DNA of 19,922 nucleotides from Ginkgo biloba. Taxonomy: Eukaryota > Plantae > Ginkgophyta. The notes beneath the pieces were generated by a model. It searched no databases. It worked only from the letters and a program-made list of their open reading frames with translations, and was not told the DNA's origin. The translations under genes were made by a program, and so were the position numbers. Below are positions 18,632 to 19,922 of this stretch, one piece after another; position 1 is the first letter of the stretch; every line of letters begins with the position of its first letter. Location of the stretch: the NCBI GenBank assembly GCA_024626585.2, contig JANKJI020000002.1, positions 127,128,457 through 127,148,378 on the forward strand, in the 5' to 3' direction.

Positions 18632-19922
18632 NNNNNNNNNNNNNNNNNNNNNNNNNNNNNNNNNNNNNNNNNNNNNNNNNNNNNNNNNNNNNNNNNNNNN
18701 NNNNNNNNNNNNNNNNNNNNNNNNNNNNNNNTGTTGTATTGCTGTGCCACTGGAGCAAAATAGGACAACAAACAGAAAGGATAAAATTCTTCCATTATAA
18801 ACCCAAGTGCAGCTTATTGTAGAGAGGTAATTGCTGTATTCTTAGTGTATATGCGTCTGTCCCAATTTACCGTTGAATATGTGCTGTTGCTGTAGAATTT
18901 CCAGATTTGAGTATTTTGCTGAAAGGTCTTTCTGTAGGATTTCATGCCTTGGGGTTGGTTCCTGGTATCTCTAATTACATGGCAATGTTGCCAGAAATCA
19001 CTTGTAAGTGTTGTGATGTATATCCATTGAATATGCAGCTGCAACTTATGCCTAAACATGACTAGAATTCTGTTGAAACTGAAAAATAGGCCGGCATTTA
19101 CCTCGAGTCACGAAACCTTAGCCATTCTTGTGTCTGTAGGGATATGGTTGAGGTAAGGCAGTAGCCATTGTGGGAATGGGGCGCATGATACCCCTATATG
19201 CGTATGTGTCGATAAATTTGCTTGTCATTTAAGGATTTAGCTGGTTGGCAGTTTGATTGACAAGGGGAGGCCAAACAAAACTTCTTGTTTTTTCCTCCCT
19301 ATGGCCATGGAAATTAGCAGACATACTAGAGGAGTATCATGGCATAGTAAAGCATGATGGGATAGTTAGTGTTCAAAAGTTGAGCAGTAATACCCTTGGG
19401 TAGCACCGACTCACTCCTGCTACGGACTAGTGTTTTATTGTGGCATGAGGTTACCTTGCACTTAAAGGGAAGCTTTGGGTCCGCCTTAGTGCTTTCATGA
19501 ATCTTCATAATTAGATGCTACTGCATATTAGTTGAGGAAGGTTGTGCGGAATGGGTTCTGGTGGGAAAGACCACCGAATGCAAGTGGATGTCTCATTTGG
19601 AGCCCTGAGCATTTGAGTTTGCAACCTTGTTCACAAGCTTGTGGGTGGTGTTCCCATGGACATTAATGNNNNNNNNNNNNNNNNNNNNNNNNNNNNNNNN
19701 NNNNAACCTATCCTTGTCACCTAGCTAACAATTCTACACCTAGATTTCCAATGGATAAATACACAAACCCTAACCCATGAATCGGTGTTTTAATTGGTGC
19801 ATTTTGTTCTGCAGGTACTGTTTTTTACATTTTGCTACTTTGAACACTTTCTTGGCCTCGTTGAAGACGTTGTGGACCCTCTAGGGTGTTTGGGTTGGTA
19901 TTTCTCATGGGCAACTCAGAGT

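Larger units (their letters stand above)
3241..19704. other. 13 assembly gaps (N runs) scattered across this span
   Basis: 3241-3250, 5687-5786, 6913-7012, 8352-8382, 8595-8694, 9752-9851, 14898-14947, 15792-15891, 16128-16195, 16970-17201, 17682-17715, 18632-18731, 19669-19704. Six are exactly 100 N, a common placeholder for unknown size. Confidence 0.99.

Noticed and set aside
19705-19922. aaaccctaa telomere/telo-box motif and tgcag|gt splice-like site
   Set aside because: A single motif copy in a short gap-bounded fragment; probably LTR-type sequence but not assignable.

Overview
AT-rich, visibly CpG-poor eukaryotic DNA from a fragmented assembly: 13 N-gaps, six of exactly 100 N, so adjacency across those gaps is unproven. 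The content fits a large repeat-rich plant genome, probably a gymnosperm (inference). Transposon debris dominates: a Ty3/gypsy LTR end + PBS + gag start (to 5686), two decayed gypsy RT/RNase H fragments (9089-9751 minus, 17204-17626 plus), an older gag relic (~13760-14055), an L1-type LINE endonuclease relic (15398-15790), two more LTR/PBS junctions and many short tandem repeats. Three things are not explained by the ORF track or by standard TE domains. (1) A decayed five-exon gene on the minus strand (~1074-3240) with phase-compatible junctions and a Cys/His-rich C-terminus. (2) Three stop-free, phase-0 exons on the plus strand (11978-13033) encoding the C-terminus of a protein I cannot name. 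(3) A complete 779-bp LTR (10572-11350, minus) followed by a stand-alone 131-codon non-gag ORF and a 32-bp repeat array whose motifs recur at ~18450-18610. I found no intact full-length gene, RNA gene or CRISPR array. All translations and alignments were done by eye; no database searches were run.
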